Assembly: GCA_964585915.1 (NCBI GenBank)
Contig: CAZPFU010000007.1
Coordinates: 11,912 to 75,911, forward strand
Direction of reading: 5' to 3'
DNA from: an uncultured Methanomassiliicoccus sp.
Lineage (GTDB): Archaea; Thermoplasmatota; Thermoplasmata; Methanomassiliicoccales; UBA472
Length of the DNA stretch: 64,000 bases
Part shown: positions 55,742-63,486 of the stretch, piece by piece
Position numbering within the stretch: the first letter of the stretch is position 1
How the letters are laid out: every line of letters begins with the position of its first letter
Position numbers and translations under genes: made by a program
Notes under the pieces: model-generated
Databases searched by the model: none
The model's input: only the letters and a program-made list of their open reading frames with translations
What the model was told of the DNA's origin: nothing

Positions 55742-56194
55742 TCAATCCTTGATGCGTTTCTCCTTCTCATAGAAGTCGTTGATCACTTCGTAATCGATGC
55801 CGTGCTCGGCCATGAACCCCTTGGTGTACTCCAGCGACGTCTCGCGGACCTGGGGGTCCCACATGCCGTGCACTATGACGTGGACGATGAGCTCCCCGCG
55901 CATCATCTTGCTGCCGTCGAAGCGGTTCTGCACCGTCGGCGGGATGTCCATATCGATCAGGCTCACCGATATAGTGGAACCGCCCTCAGCGGTCAGGAAG
56001 GACTTGATGTGCCCGATCATGTCCGCCCCTTTGGCGAAGCACTCCTTGGTGATGCCGTTCATCAGGTCCAGGACCATCCTCTCGGACCGTTCCCCGTCCA
56101 AGGGTTCCCTGATGTAGAGCCGCAACCACATGGAGAACTTGCCCAGCTCGTCAGACGCCCGGTGGGTGAGCAGCTGCCTTTCCTTCTGGTCCAT
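55742..56194 (-). CDS. Hypothetical protein, possible stand-alone CobW_C-like domain
   Basis: 150 aa from 'MDQKERQLL'. Starts 4 nt after the COG0523 GTPase gene stop. 'IGHIKSFL...ELIVHVIVHGM' loosely resembles CobW C-terminal domain strands. Confidence 0.5.
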   Translation of the reverse strand: MDQKERQLLTHRASDELGKFSMWLRLYIREPLDGERSERMVLDLMNGITKECFAKGADMIGHIKSFLTAEGGSTISVSLIDMDIPPTVQNRFDGSKMMRGELIVHVIVHGMWDPQVRETSLEYTKGFMAEHGIDYEVINDFYEKEKRIKD

Positions 56195-56198
56195 CCCC

Positions 56199-56864
56199 TC
56201 ACTCCCCGTACTTCTTGTCGAAGCGTTCCTCGGCGTCCGAAAGGTCGTACACCACCGCCTTGCCTTGCACCATGAGGTCGGCAACCTCCTTGATGCCCTG
56301 CCCGGTCCGCGAGGAGCCATAGTACAGGCGCACCTCCGGGTTGAGGCCTCTGACCATCTCGGTGACGTGATGCAGGCGCTCCTCGTTCACCGCGTCTACC
56401 TTGTTGATGAGGACCGCATCGGCCTCGATGATCTGGGTCTCGACGAGCCGCCGAACATTGTTCATGAGCTTGTCGATGCGTATGGCGTCCACGAAGGTGA
56501 CTATCGGCGACTGCTCCAGGATCCTGGGCATCTTCTTGACCGTCTCCGCCGCGGCCTGCTTGAGTCCGAGGGGGATAGCCACACCGGTCGGCTCCACCAG
56601 GATCACGTCCGGCCTGTAGCTCATGTAGATGTTGGTCACCGTGGTGGTGAGGGTTCCCTGCACCTCGCAGCATATGCACCCGCCGGAGATCTCCATGGTG
56701 TCGATGCCGTGCACCTCCATGCACTTTCGGTCAACGTTGATGTGGCCCACGTCGTTCACGATGGTGGCCACCTTGAGCCCGCGGGAGTTCAGCTCCTTGG
56801 CCACCTCGATCAGGAAGGTGGTCTTGCCGCTCCCCAAGAAACCAGTTACCTGGGCGATCCTCAT
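56199..56864 (-). CDS. COG0523 (CobW/YjiA/ZigA-type) G3E GTPase domain only
   Basis: 'GFLGSGKTTFL' P-loop, 'GGCICCEV' CxCC metal motif, 'LINKVD'. Only 221 aa and lacks the usual C-terminal domain. Confidence 0.85.
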   Translation of the reverse strand: MRIAQVTGFLGSGKTTFLIEVAKELNSRGLKVATIVNDVGHINVDRKCMEVHGIDTMEISGGCICCEVQGTLTTTVTNIYMSYRPDVILVEPTGVAIPLGLKQAAAETVKKMPRILEQSPIVTFVDAIRIDKLMNNVRRLVETQIIEADAVLINKVDAVNEERLHHVTEMVRGLNPEVRLYYGSSRTGQGIKEVADLMVQGKAVVYDLSDAEERFDKKYGE

Positions 56865-57031
56865 GCAATCACGCTAGCGGCGTTAAGGGTCTTCCGAGTA
56901 TAATTTCATTGTCCCGTGAGCGGTCCGGACGGGGACGCCGCCGGTCGCAGGCTGGACGACCCTTCGTAGGGTGTGAAGAACGGGAACAGTATTATAAATC
57001 CGACGATGGCATTCTCCCCTCGAGGTTATCC

Positions 57032-58690
57032 ATGGCATTGGGAGTCGCGCTGGATTTGGGAACTAGCGGTTACCGGGGGCACCTGGTAGATCTGGACAAG
57101 AAGGGCAAGATCCTGGCTACGGCCATCACCATGAGGCACCCGCTTCCCGGGGCCAACATCATGGACCATCTGCATTTCTGGATGGAGAACGGTCCTGAGG
57201 TCGGGCACCGCATCGTCATCGAGACGGTCGACAAGCTGATCGAGACCTTGGGGGCCAAGCCCGAGGAGATCAACCGCGTTTCCGTATGCGGAAACCCGGC
57301 CCAGATGTCCATGTTCGAAAAGATCGAGATACGCGACCTGGCCTTCGCCGGCCAATCCATCCTGAAGCGCCTTAACGTCAAGGTCCCGGAGCGCAAGGCC
57401 CATTCCATCAAGGCCGAGGAGCTCGGCATGAGGTCGGTCAAGCGCACCGCGGAGGTCCGAATCCCACCGTCGATACGCCACGAGATCGGCGCGGACGCCC
57501 TGGCCATGATCATGAAGACCGGGCTCATGGACAAGAAGGAGACCTGCATGGTGACCGACTACGGCACCAACGCCGAGATGGGCCTGTTCTACAAGGGCGA
57601 GCTGTACACCGGCTCCGCCGCCGCCGGTCCGGCCATGGAAGGCCAATCGATCGACTTCGGCATGCTCGCCGCACCGCAGGCGATCTCCGACATCGTGCTC
57701 GGGGATAACGGCAAATGGTACAACCTGGTGCTCAACGAAAAGCTGCACCCGGTCAAGTCCGCCCTGGTCGACCCGCGCAGCGGGGACGAGCAGCGCCTGG
57801 ACGGCGTCGTCGCCCGCGGTATCACCGGCACCGGCACCGTGGCCGCCATGGCCATCGGCCTGGAGACCGGAGTGATCAGGCTGCCGTACGTGGACACCCC
57901 AGACCGCAAGATACATCTCACCAATGGGATCACCTTCAGCGAGGAGGACGTACGCGAGGCCGGCAAGGCCACCGGGGCCATCCGCGCCGGGCACCGCACC
58001 CTCATCGAGGAGGTCGGGGTGGACGACACGGAGATCAAGACCATGTACATGGCCGGCGCGTCCGGTACGTACGTGGACCCGATCAAAGCGCAGACCGTGG
58101 GACTAATACCCAGGGTCCTGGAGAAGACCGTGCAGGCCGGGAACACCTCCCTCATGATGTCCTACGACATCCTGGTGGACGATGACGGCCTGGACAAGAT
58201 GCAGGACGTGGCCAACGCCATCTCCAGCAAGCACATAATGTTCGCCACCAGCAAGGTCTTCGAGGACATCTACGTCAACGAGATTGCCTACTGGACCGAG
58301 GGCATGAGCATGGAGATGTATAACGACATGGTCAAGTACGCCGGGCTGCGCCCGCTTCCGGATATAGTTCGTCCCAAGGAAGTGGTCCGCCTGGTGATGT
58401 CGGATATCCCGGTCATCGGCGCTCGGGGACTGAAGACCCTGGACGATGTGGGCGTGTACCTCATGGGCTCCTTCGAGGGATGCATCGGCTGCAAGAAGTG
58501 CCAGAGGGAGTGCCCGGAATGCGCCCTGCAGGTGTCCACGCTCGGGGATAAGAAGGACAAGAAGTGGCTGATAAGGGTGAACACCGAACACTGCCTGGGA
58601 ACGGCCTGCAAGAAATGCCAGTCCATATGTCCGGAGGGCGTGTACGACTTCAGCGCCCTGAAGATCGTCAAGAAGGGAGCGGACGTTTAG
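57032..58690 (+). CDS. ramA: Corrinoid protein reductive activase (RamA family)
   Basis: ASKHA-like 'VALDLGTSGYRGHLVD' N-terminus. The C-terminus has two ferredoxin motifs, 'CIGCKKCQRECP' and 'CLGTACKKCQSICP'. Start 'MALGV' at 57032. Confidence 0.88.
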   Translation: MALGVALDLGTSGYRGHLVDLDKKGKILATAITMRHPLPGANIMDHLHFWMENGPEVGHRIVIETVDKLIETLGAKPEEINRVSVCGNPAQMSMFEKIEIRDLAFAGQSILKRLNVKVPERKAHSIKAEELGMRSVKRTAEVRIPPSIRHEIGADALAMIMKTGLMDKKETCMVTDYGTNAEMGLFYKGELYTGSAAAGPAMEGQSIDFGMLAAPQAISDIVLGDNGKWYNLVLNEKLHPVKSALVDPRSGDEQRLDGVVARGITGTGTVAAMAIGLETGVIRLPYVDTPDRKIHLTNGITFSEEDVREAGKATGAIRAGHRTLIEEVGVDDTEIKTMYMAGASGTYVDPIKAQTVGLIPRVLEKTVQAGNTSLMMSYDILVDDDGLDKMQDVANAISSKHIMFATSKVFEDIYVNEIAYWTEGMSMEMYNDMVKYAGLRPLPDIVRPKEVVRLVMSDIPVIGARGLKTLDDVGVYLMGSFEGCIGCKKCQRECPECALQVSTLGDKKDKKWLIRVNTEHCLGTACKKCQSICPEGVYDFSALKIVKKGADV

Positions 58691-59536
58691 TTGCGGCTCA
58701 CCTGCCTGGTGGATGATAATTCAGGCACCTCAAACCCCTTATCGTCCATTTCCAAGGCGCCCGGCAATTTCCTCGCCGAGCACGGTCTTTCCCTTCTGAT
58801 CGAGACCGACCAGGGAAAGAAGGTGCTGCTGGACACAGGTTCCTCGGAAGAGGCGTTCCTGCACAACCTCGGCCTGGTCGGCCTGAGGCCCAAGGACATC
58901 GACCTGGTGTTCATCTCCCACGGCCACTACGACCATCTAGGCGCCCTGCCTCTTCTCGTGCGGGAAGGCGTCCCGGTTCACACGCATCCCCTGACCTTTC
59001 AAGGCCGTCGCTTCGTCGAGGCCTCCGGGGTAAGGAAGGAGATAGGGCCTTCCGCCGAGCTGCTCTCCCTTCTTAAAACAAGCCCGCCGGTGTATGACGA
59101 CAAACCCCGGGAGCTGGTGAGCGGGATCAGCACCACCGGGGAGGTGTTCAGAAGGACGGACTTCGAAAGGCCGGCATCCTTCCTCATCGAAAGGGAGGGC
59201 GAGGTGTCCACCGACCTCATCATGGAGGAGCAGGCGCTGTGCCTGTCCACCAGGAACGGGCTGGTGGTGCTCACCGGCTGCGGTCATCCTGGCATAGTGA
59301 ACATCCTCACCCAGGTGGGCATGCACACCGGTCGCAGGTTGCTCATGGCCGCCGGAGGGTTCCACCTGTGGAAGGCGGATGCCGAGGTCCTGCTGAAGAC
59401 CTTGGAAGGGGTGCGGCGGGCGGGAGTGGAAAAGGTGGCTCCGATGCACTGCTCCGGGTTCACCGCCACCAAGCTCTTTTCGGACCGCTTCCCCGGTTTC
59501 CTGCTCTTGGGAACCGGTTGCTCCATGGAGCTATAG
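58691..59536 (+). CDS. MBL-fold protein of the DHPS-like family (MJ0301-type, archaeal dihydropteroate-synthase analogue family)
   Basis: 'LVDDNSG...LAEHGLSLLIE...VLLDTGSS...FISHGHYDHLGAL'. The TTG start is the codon immediately after the ramA TAG. Confidence 0.8.
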   Translation: MRLTCLVDDNSGTSNPLSSISKAPGNFLAEHGLSLLIETDQGKKVLLDTGSSEEAFLHNLGLVGLRPKDIDLVFISHGHYDHLGALPLLVREGVPVHTHPLTFQGRRFVEASGVRKEIGPSAELLSLLKTSPPVYDDKPRELVSGISTTGEVFRRTDFERPASFLIEREGEVSTDLIMEEQALCLSTRNGLVVLTGCGHPGIVNILTQVGMHTGRRLLMAAGGFHLWKADAEVLLKTLEGVRRAGVEKVAPMHCSGFTATKLFSDRFPGFLLLGTGCSMEL

Positions 59537-60415
59537 GTCCCGCACCGCCTGCTCCATCATCATGTCCGCGAAGGACGCCACCGGCATGGCGCGCCTGGCG
59601 TATTCCATGGGGCCGTATACAACGTAGTCCGCCCCCGACATGATGCTTATGGCCACCGCCGAGGCGTCCACGCTGCGCCGGGCCTCCTTGGGGTCCTCCA
59701 GGCCTTCCAGGCGCAGGCACTCCACGGCGTTGTGCAGGGCGCATCCGGTGGGCAATCCCCACTTGGCCTTGGCCACCAGGATCGAGCGCAGGGCCGACCC
59801 GGCGCTCAGGTCCGGCGAGGTCACCGCGGTGTCTATGAGCAAGTTCCTGACCCCTAGTTCCTCCGCCTCCGGTATCAAGCCCTGAGGGATCAGGTCGTCC
59901 CCGCTGTCCAGTATATAGATCCTTCCTTTGACGTCATCCCCGCGGGGATTGAACGCCAGGACCACCGCGTTCACCGGCGGGCAGTCGCGGAGCGCCTCCC
60001 TCTCCTGGTCCGACAGGCCGACGTTGATGGTGTTGTACACCACCCGGTCGAGTATGCCCATCTCCCGCGCGCTCCTCAGGAACGATAGGCGGACCTCGGC
60101 GCTTCCGGAATCGGCGAACAGCGGTCCAGGTACCTTGTCGCAAACCGCTTCCAGGTAGGCCCGGGCCGCATCGCAGCTTTCCGCGTAGAGCATCAGCCCG
60201 GAGGGGCAGCCGCAGTTTCCCATGGTCGCGAGGTAGCTTTCCAGCCTCTCGTTCAGCTTTGGCATGTCCAGGGAACCGCAGCGGGGGTCCAGGACCACCG
60301 TGTGCCTGGGGTAGAAGAGGGAACCCACCAGCATGGTCCTTCTCCTCCCAGGCTGTCCTCCTATTTTGACGCCGCCGATGCTCAGCTCACGTTGCGCGGT
60401 CTGGAACTTGTACAT
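59531..60415 (-). CDS. MtrH-family methyltransferase (methyl-pterin:corrinoid methyltransferase-like)
   Basis: The N-terminus 'MYKFQTAQRELSIGGVKIGGQPG...LVGSLFY' closely follows the MtrH N-terminal consensus. 294 aa. Confidence 0.88.
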   Translation of the reverse strand: MYKFQTAQRELSIGGVKIGGQPGRRRTMLVGSLFYPRHTVVLDPRCGSLDMPKLNERLESYLATMGNCGCPSGLMLYAESCDAARAYLEAVCDKVPGPLFADSGSAEVRLSFLRSAREMGILDRVVYNTINVGLSDQEREALRDCPPVNAVVLAFNPRGDDVKGRIYILDSGDDLIPQGLIPEAEELGVRNLLIDTAVTSPDLSAGSALRSILVAKAKWGLPTGCALHNAVECLRLEGLEDPKEARRSVDASAVAISIMSGADYVVYGPMEYARRAMPVASFADMMMEQAVRDL

Positions 60416-60416
60416 G

Positions 60417-61190
60417 TCAGAACCCCGTCAGATACGAACGCAATCTCAAGGCCAGTTCCACGGAAGGCACGGTGATGACCCTGCCCTGCAGCGGCTCCAG
60501 GACCACCCCGAACTCCTGGTCCAGCAGGACCATGCCCATGCTCGTGTTCAGCCCGTCCGAGGGGAGCCGGAGCATGGGGGTGATGAAATCGTCAGAGGCC
60601 TGATGGAGCTGCTTGGCCACGTTGCCGCCCTCGCCGGCGAAGGCCTTGGAGCGGACGATGATAGCCTCTCCCGGGTACGGCGGATATGTCCTTTTGGCCA
60701 GCTCTCGCAATGTGGCCTCCAGCCGGTCCCGGCTCTCCACCTCGAACTCGTAGATAGGGTCGTAGGCGGCGATCTCCTGCGCCGGCGTGTCGTCCATGAT
60801 GTCCACCAGAACCACCTGTGCGCGGAACCTTTCGATGGCTTCCAGGGGCAGGTCGCACAGGAACGGGATGGCCGATCTGGTATCACGTATACGACGGTGC
60901 TCGTCTACGCCGTTATCCATCAGCGCGTGAATGGCCGCTCCCGGGAAATGCCCGAACTCCTCCTTGCCGCAGAGCACCAGCACCCTGATCCTGGGATTGG
61001 ATATGATGTTGGCGATGACCCGCTCCAGCCCTATGTTCTCCGTCTTCAGGATGCCTTTGATGCAGTAAAGCTCGGGCGGGACCTCCACCGCCCCTCTTCC
61101 GACTATTAGCACCGCCACAGGCGAAGCTTCGTCGCCCAGAACGTAATCACCGCTGGCCGTAGGCCACGTATACGTTTTCGTCATTGCCAT
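60417..61190 (-). CDS. MtrA-like corrinoid-binding protein, soluble (no C-terminal TM anchor)
   Basis: 'WPTASGDYVLGD..SPVAV', 'KTENIGLERVIANIISNPRIRVLVLCGKEEFGH', 'AIPFL...EAIERFRAQV'. The C-terminal about 90 aa are not hydrophobic. Confidence 0.85.
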   Translation of the reverse strand: MAMTKTYTWPTASGDYVLGDEASPVAVLIVGRGAVEVPPELYCIKGILKTENIGLERVIANIISNPRIRVLVLCGKEEFGHFPGAAIHALMDNGVDEHRRIRDTRSAIPFLCDLPLEAIERFRAQVVLVDIMDDTPAQEIAAYDPIYEFEVESRDRLEATLRELAKRTYPPYPGEAIIVRSKAFAGEGGNVAKQLHQASDDFITPMLRLPSDGLNTSMGMVLLDQEFGVVLEPLQGRVITVPSVELALRLRSYLTGF

Positions 61191-61258
61191 TTCCCCGGAG
61201 TATTCAATTTCAATAATATATAAAAAGTGTCATGGCCAGCTATCACCCGTTAACATCG

Positions 61259-61273
61259 TTTTGTCAGACAAAA
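61259..61273. promoter_or_regulatory. Perfect 15-bp palindrome in a divergent promoter region
   Basis: TTTTGTC-A-GACAAAA, located between the mtrA-like start (61190) and the 241-aa ORF start (61345). Confidence 0.3.
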
Positions 61274-61344
61274 ATCAATTTCGGGGTTATGGGGATAAGC
61301 GATAAATACCGCCCCTTTTGTAATACGCGGCAGGAAGGGATAGA

Positions 61345-62070
61345 ATGGGAGTCTCAATAGCGATATGCGAGATAGACAGCGACTGCGCGTTGTGCAAGAT
61401 CGGAAAGACCACCTTGCTGAAGGTCAACCTGAAGGACGTGTCGGGGTTCGAGGACCTGGCCGAGTTCGATCTGGTGGTACCGATCAGCCAGGCCAAGATG
61501 CTGATGGGCGAGAACTGGGAAGCGTTCCTTAAGCGGAACCGCCTGGACCCGGAGATGGAGACGCTGTACCTGGAGAAGGTCAAGAACGAGGCGGACCGAC
61601 AGCTGCTCACCGCCGAGAGCCAGAAGCTCTACACCGGTTGGATATCCCTGGACAAGGTGCCCGCCGACCGCATGAACGCCCTGATGGAGAAGGCCGGCAA
61701 GGACGACCGGCTGACCGGCTGGGACATGCTGTCCTTTGACGACATGGCCGCCACCTGCGCCCGTTGCACGCTCTCCTGGGACGAGGGAAGGGGCTGCATG
61801 GGAACCTTCGGACCGGAGAACAGTGCCCTGCCCGGCATCGCCCAGAAGTACGGCTGCGCCATCGTGGCCAACGTCCCGGCCTCCGTGGAGAGCAAGAAGT
61901 TATTCTCCGTGGAGGACGCCAAAGCGCTCCTGGCCGAGGTCAAACTGCTGAGGGAGAAGCTTCCGGACGAGGGGAAGGTCATGGTCCGCCGCTACTCCGG
62001 CGTGCTGGACCGCCTGGAGAAGATGGGCAACGTCTGTCTCACCTTCAACACCCGGTTCTACTTCCTGTAG
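61345..62070 (+). CDS. Hypothetical Cys-motif protein (241 aa)
   Basis: Full-length ORF with normal coding composition. 'CEIDSDCALC' and 'CARCTLSWDEGRGCMGTFGP...GC' motifs. I do not recognise the family. Confidence 0.6.
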   Translation: MGVSIAICEIDSDCALCKIGKTTLLKVNLKDVSGFEDLAEFDLVVPISQAKMLMGENWEAFLKRNRLDPEMETLYLEKVKNEADRQLLTAESQKLYTGWISLDKVPADRMNALMEKAGKDDRLTGWDMLSFDDMAATCARCTLSWDEGRGCMGTFGPENSALPGIAQKYGCAIVANVPASVESKKLFSVEDAKALLAEVKLLREKLPDEGKVMVRRYSGVLDRLEKMGNVCLTFNTRFYFL

Positions 62071-62116
62071 ACCGAAACCCTTTTTTTCCCTATTTGCCTT
62101 CTTTTAACGAATTGAG

Positions 62117-62398
62117 ATGAGCGGAGAGGATTCCAAACTCAACTGCGTGGGCTGCGATACCGGACTGTCCTTGAGCGAGGGCGAGAAGCTCCTGGTGAAC
62201 GGCCAGCTGGTGGAGCTGGTCGGATTGGACGAGATCATGGAAGAGGTCCGCAAGTTCAAGATACCTCAGCGCAAGCTGGTGGCCGACGAGCTGTTAGCCC
62301 GGGCGAAGGCACGGAACGCGGTCCCGGAAGGCTCGGAGAAGCAGTACCGGGACGCGCTGATGGACGAGTACGACAGGCGCTACCTCAGCGTGATGTGA
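62117..62398 (+). CDS. Hypothetical small protein with N-terminal CxxC (93 aa)
   Basis: 'NCVGCDTGLSL...LLVNGQLVELVGLDEIMEEV'. Same strand, 46 nt downstream of the 241-aa ORF. Confidence 0.55.
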   Translation: MSGEDSKLNCVGCDTGLSLSEGEKLLVNGQLVELVGLDEIMEEVRKFKIPQRKLVADELLARAKARNAVPEGSEKQYRDALMDEYDRRYLSVM

Positions 62399-63391
62399 TC
62401 ACGCCGTCACACGCAGGTTGAGGTTCAGGCTCTGCACCTCGTTCTCCACCGCGCCGATGATCCTATTCTCGGCGGAGGTTCCCGTGTACTCCATCATCGG
62501 CGAGGGGGCGAAGGGAAGCGCCGGGGCGCCGTCCTTGTAAAGCAGGAACCAGAGCTTGAAATTTCCACCGATCGTCACATTGAACCGGTAGGGCAGCTCC
62601 CATTGCGGCTGCCATTCCCCTTCCAGATCGACATCGGTATGCTCCAGGGTGACGTTGAAGGAATCGAAGAAGTACATGGCGTGCACCTGCGTGGCGTTGT
62701 CCACGAAGCTCATGTTCACCAGCCAGAGCTCGACGGTGTACTCCACCTTCCTATGCTCATGATTGGCGATGCCGATGATCACCGAGGCGTCCTCCCCGAC
62801 CGTGAGGTTCCTGGGGTATTCGGTGGCGTTGCCTCCCGGCCCAAGGATGTAGAACTCGGTGAAGCTCTCCCCCTGGCGAGGGACGGCCACCACGTAGACC
62901 AGGGCGATGACCGAGGAGAGTATGGATATCACCAGTACGATGGTCAGGACCTTATCGACACCCTTCTCCGCCTTGAACTGCGATGAATATCTCCTCCAGA
63001 CCGCGCTCGGATCGAACGGCAGGTACGGGAGCTCGGCCCTTTCGCGGCGATACAACCCTCCGGCGCTCAGGGCGATGTTCAGGGCGGCCAAGGAGAACAA
63101 TATCGGAGCCAGCCTGATGCCGAACGGGGTGTAGTTGAGGCCGAAGCCGACCAGCGGCGATATGGCTATGCTCAATCCGAAGGATAGGGCCACCCGCTCG
63201 ATTATCTCCAGGTCCTTGCTCTCCGGGAACAGCACTGACAGGGCCGCATAGCCGGGGAAGAACAGGATGAACGGGAGCCCGATGACGATGCGCAGGGCGC
63301 TGTCCGGCAAGGCGTATATCACCAATATGAGTATGAGTGAAAGGATCCCGATGGACCAGAGGTCCCAATCCCTCCTGGGCTGCGCTCTCAT
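62399..63391 (-). CDS. DUF1616-family archaeal membrane protein
   Basis: N-terminal TM bundle 'IVIGLPFILFFPGYAALSVLFPES..LEIIERVALSFGLSIAISPL' followed by an extracytoplasmic beta-rich domain. Confidence 0.75.
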   Translation of the reverse strand: MRAQPRRDWDLWSIGILSLILILVIYALPDSALRIVIGLPFILFFPGYAALSVLFPESKDLEIIERVALSFGLSIAISPLVGFGLNYTPFGIRLAPILFSLAALNIALSAGGLYRRERAELPYLPFDPSAVWRRYSSQFKAEKGVDKVLTIVLVISILSSVIALVYVVAVPRQGESFTEFYILGPGGNATEYPRNLTVGEDASVIIGIANHEHRKVEYTVELWLVNMSFVDNATQVHAMYFFDSFNVTLEHTDVDLEGEWQPQWELPYRFNVTIGGNFKLWFLLYKDGAPALPFAPSPMMEYTGTSAENRIIGAVENEVQSLNLNLRVTA

Positions 63392-63486
63392 CCCTCACGG
63401 GGAGTGAGTGAGCGTATTTATCGGTTTGTGGATTTCCCGCGTCCTAGACCAGTTATTAATAATCCCGGGTTCGATACCCGCCCGCC

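Noticed and set aside
53447-58155. Antisense or alternative ORFs over the MtaA-like, COG0523 and ramA genes (53447-54508, 56062-56724, 56130-56903, 57026-57994, 57589-58155).
   Set aside because: Same reasoning as above. Each overlaps a gene with diagnostic motifs and has no motifs of its own.
57032-59536. The ramA TAG stop (58688-58690) is followed in the same frame, with no gap, by the MBL-fold ORF. In a pyrrolysine-decoding methanogen this could be a Pyl read-through fusion of about 834 aa.
   Set aside because: By my reading, TAG is an ordinary stop for at least 12 other genes in this window: the cupin, MFS, ThiF, EamA, ugd, HD, CPBP, metallophosphoesterase, epimerase, MBL, mtrH-like and 241-aa ORFs. 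The MBL protein's first residues ('RLTCLVDDN') coincide with the usual N-terminus of its family, and a GGGAG lies about 10 nt upstream of the TTG. Termination-reinitiation coupling is the simpler reading.
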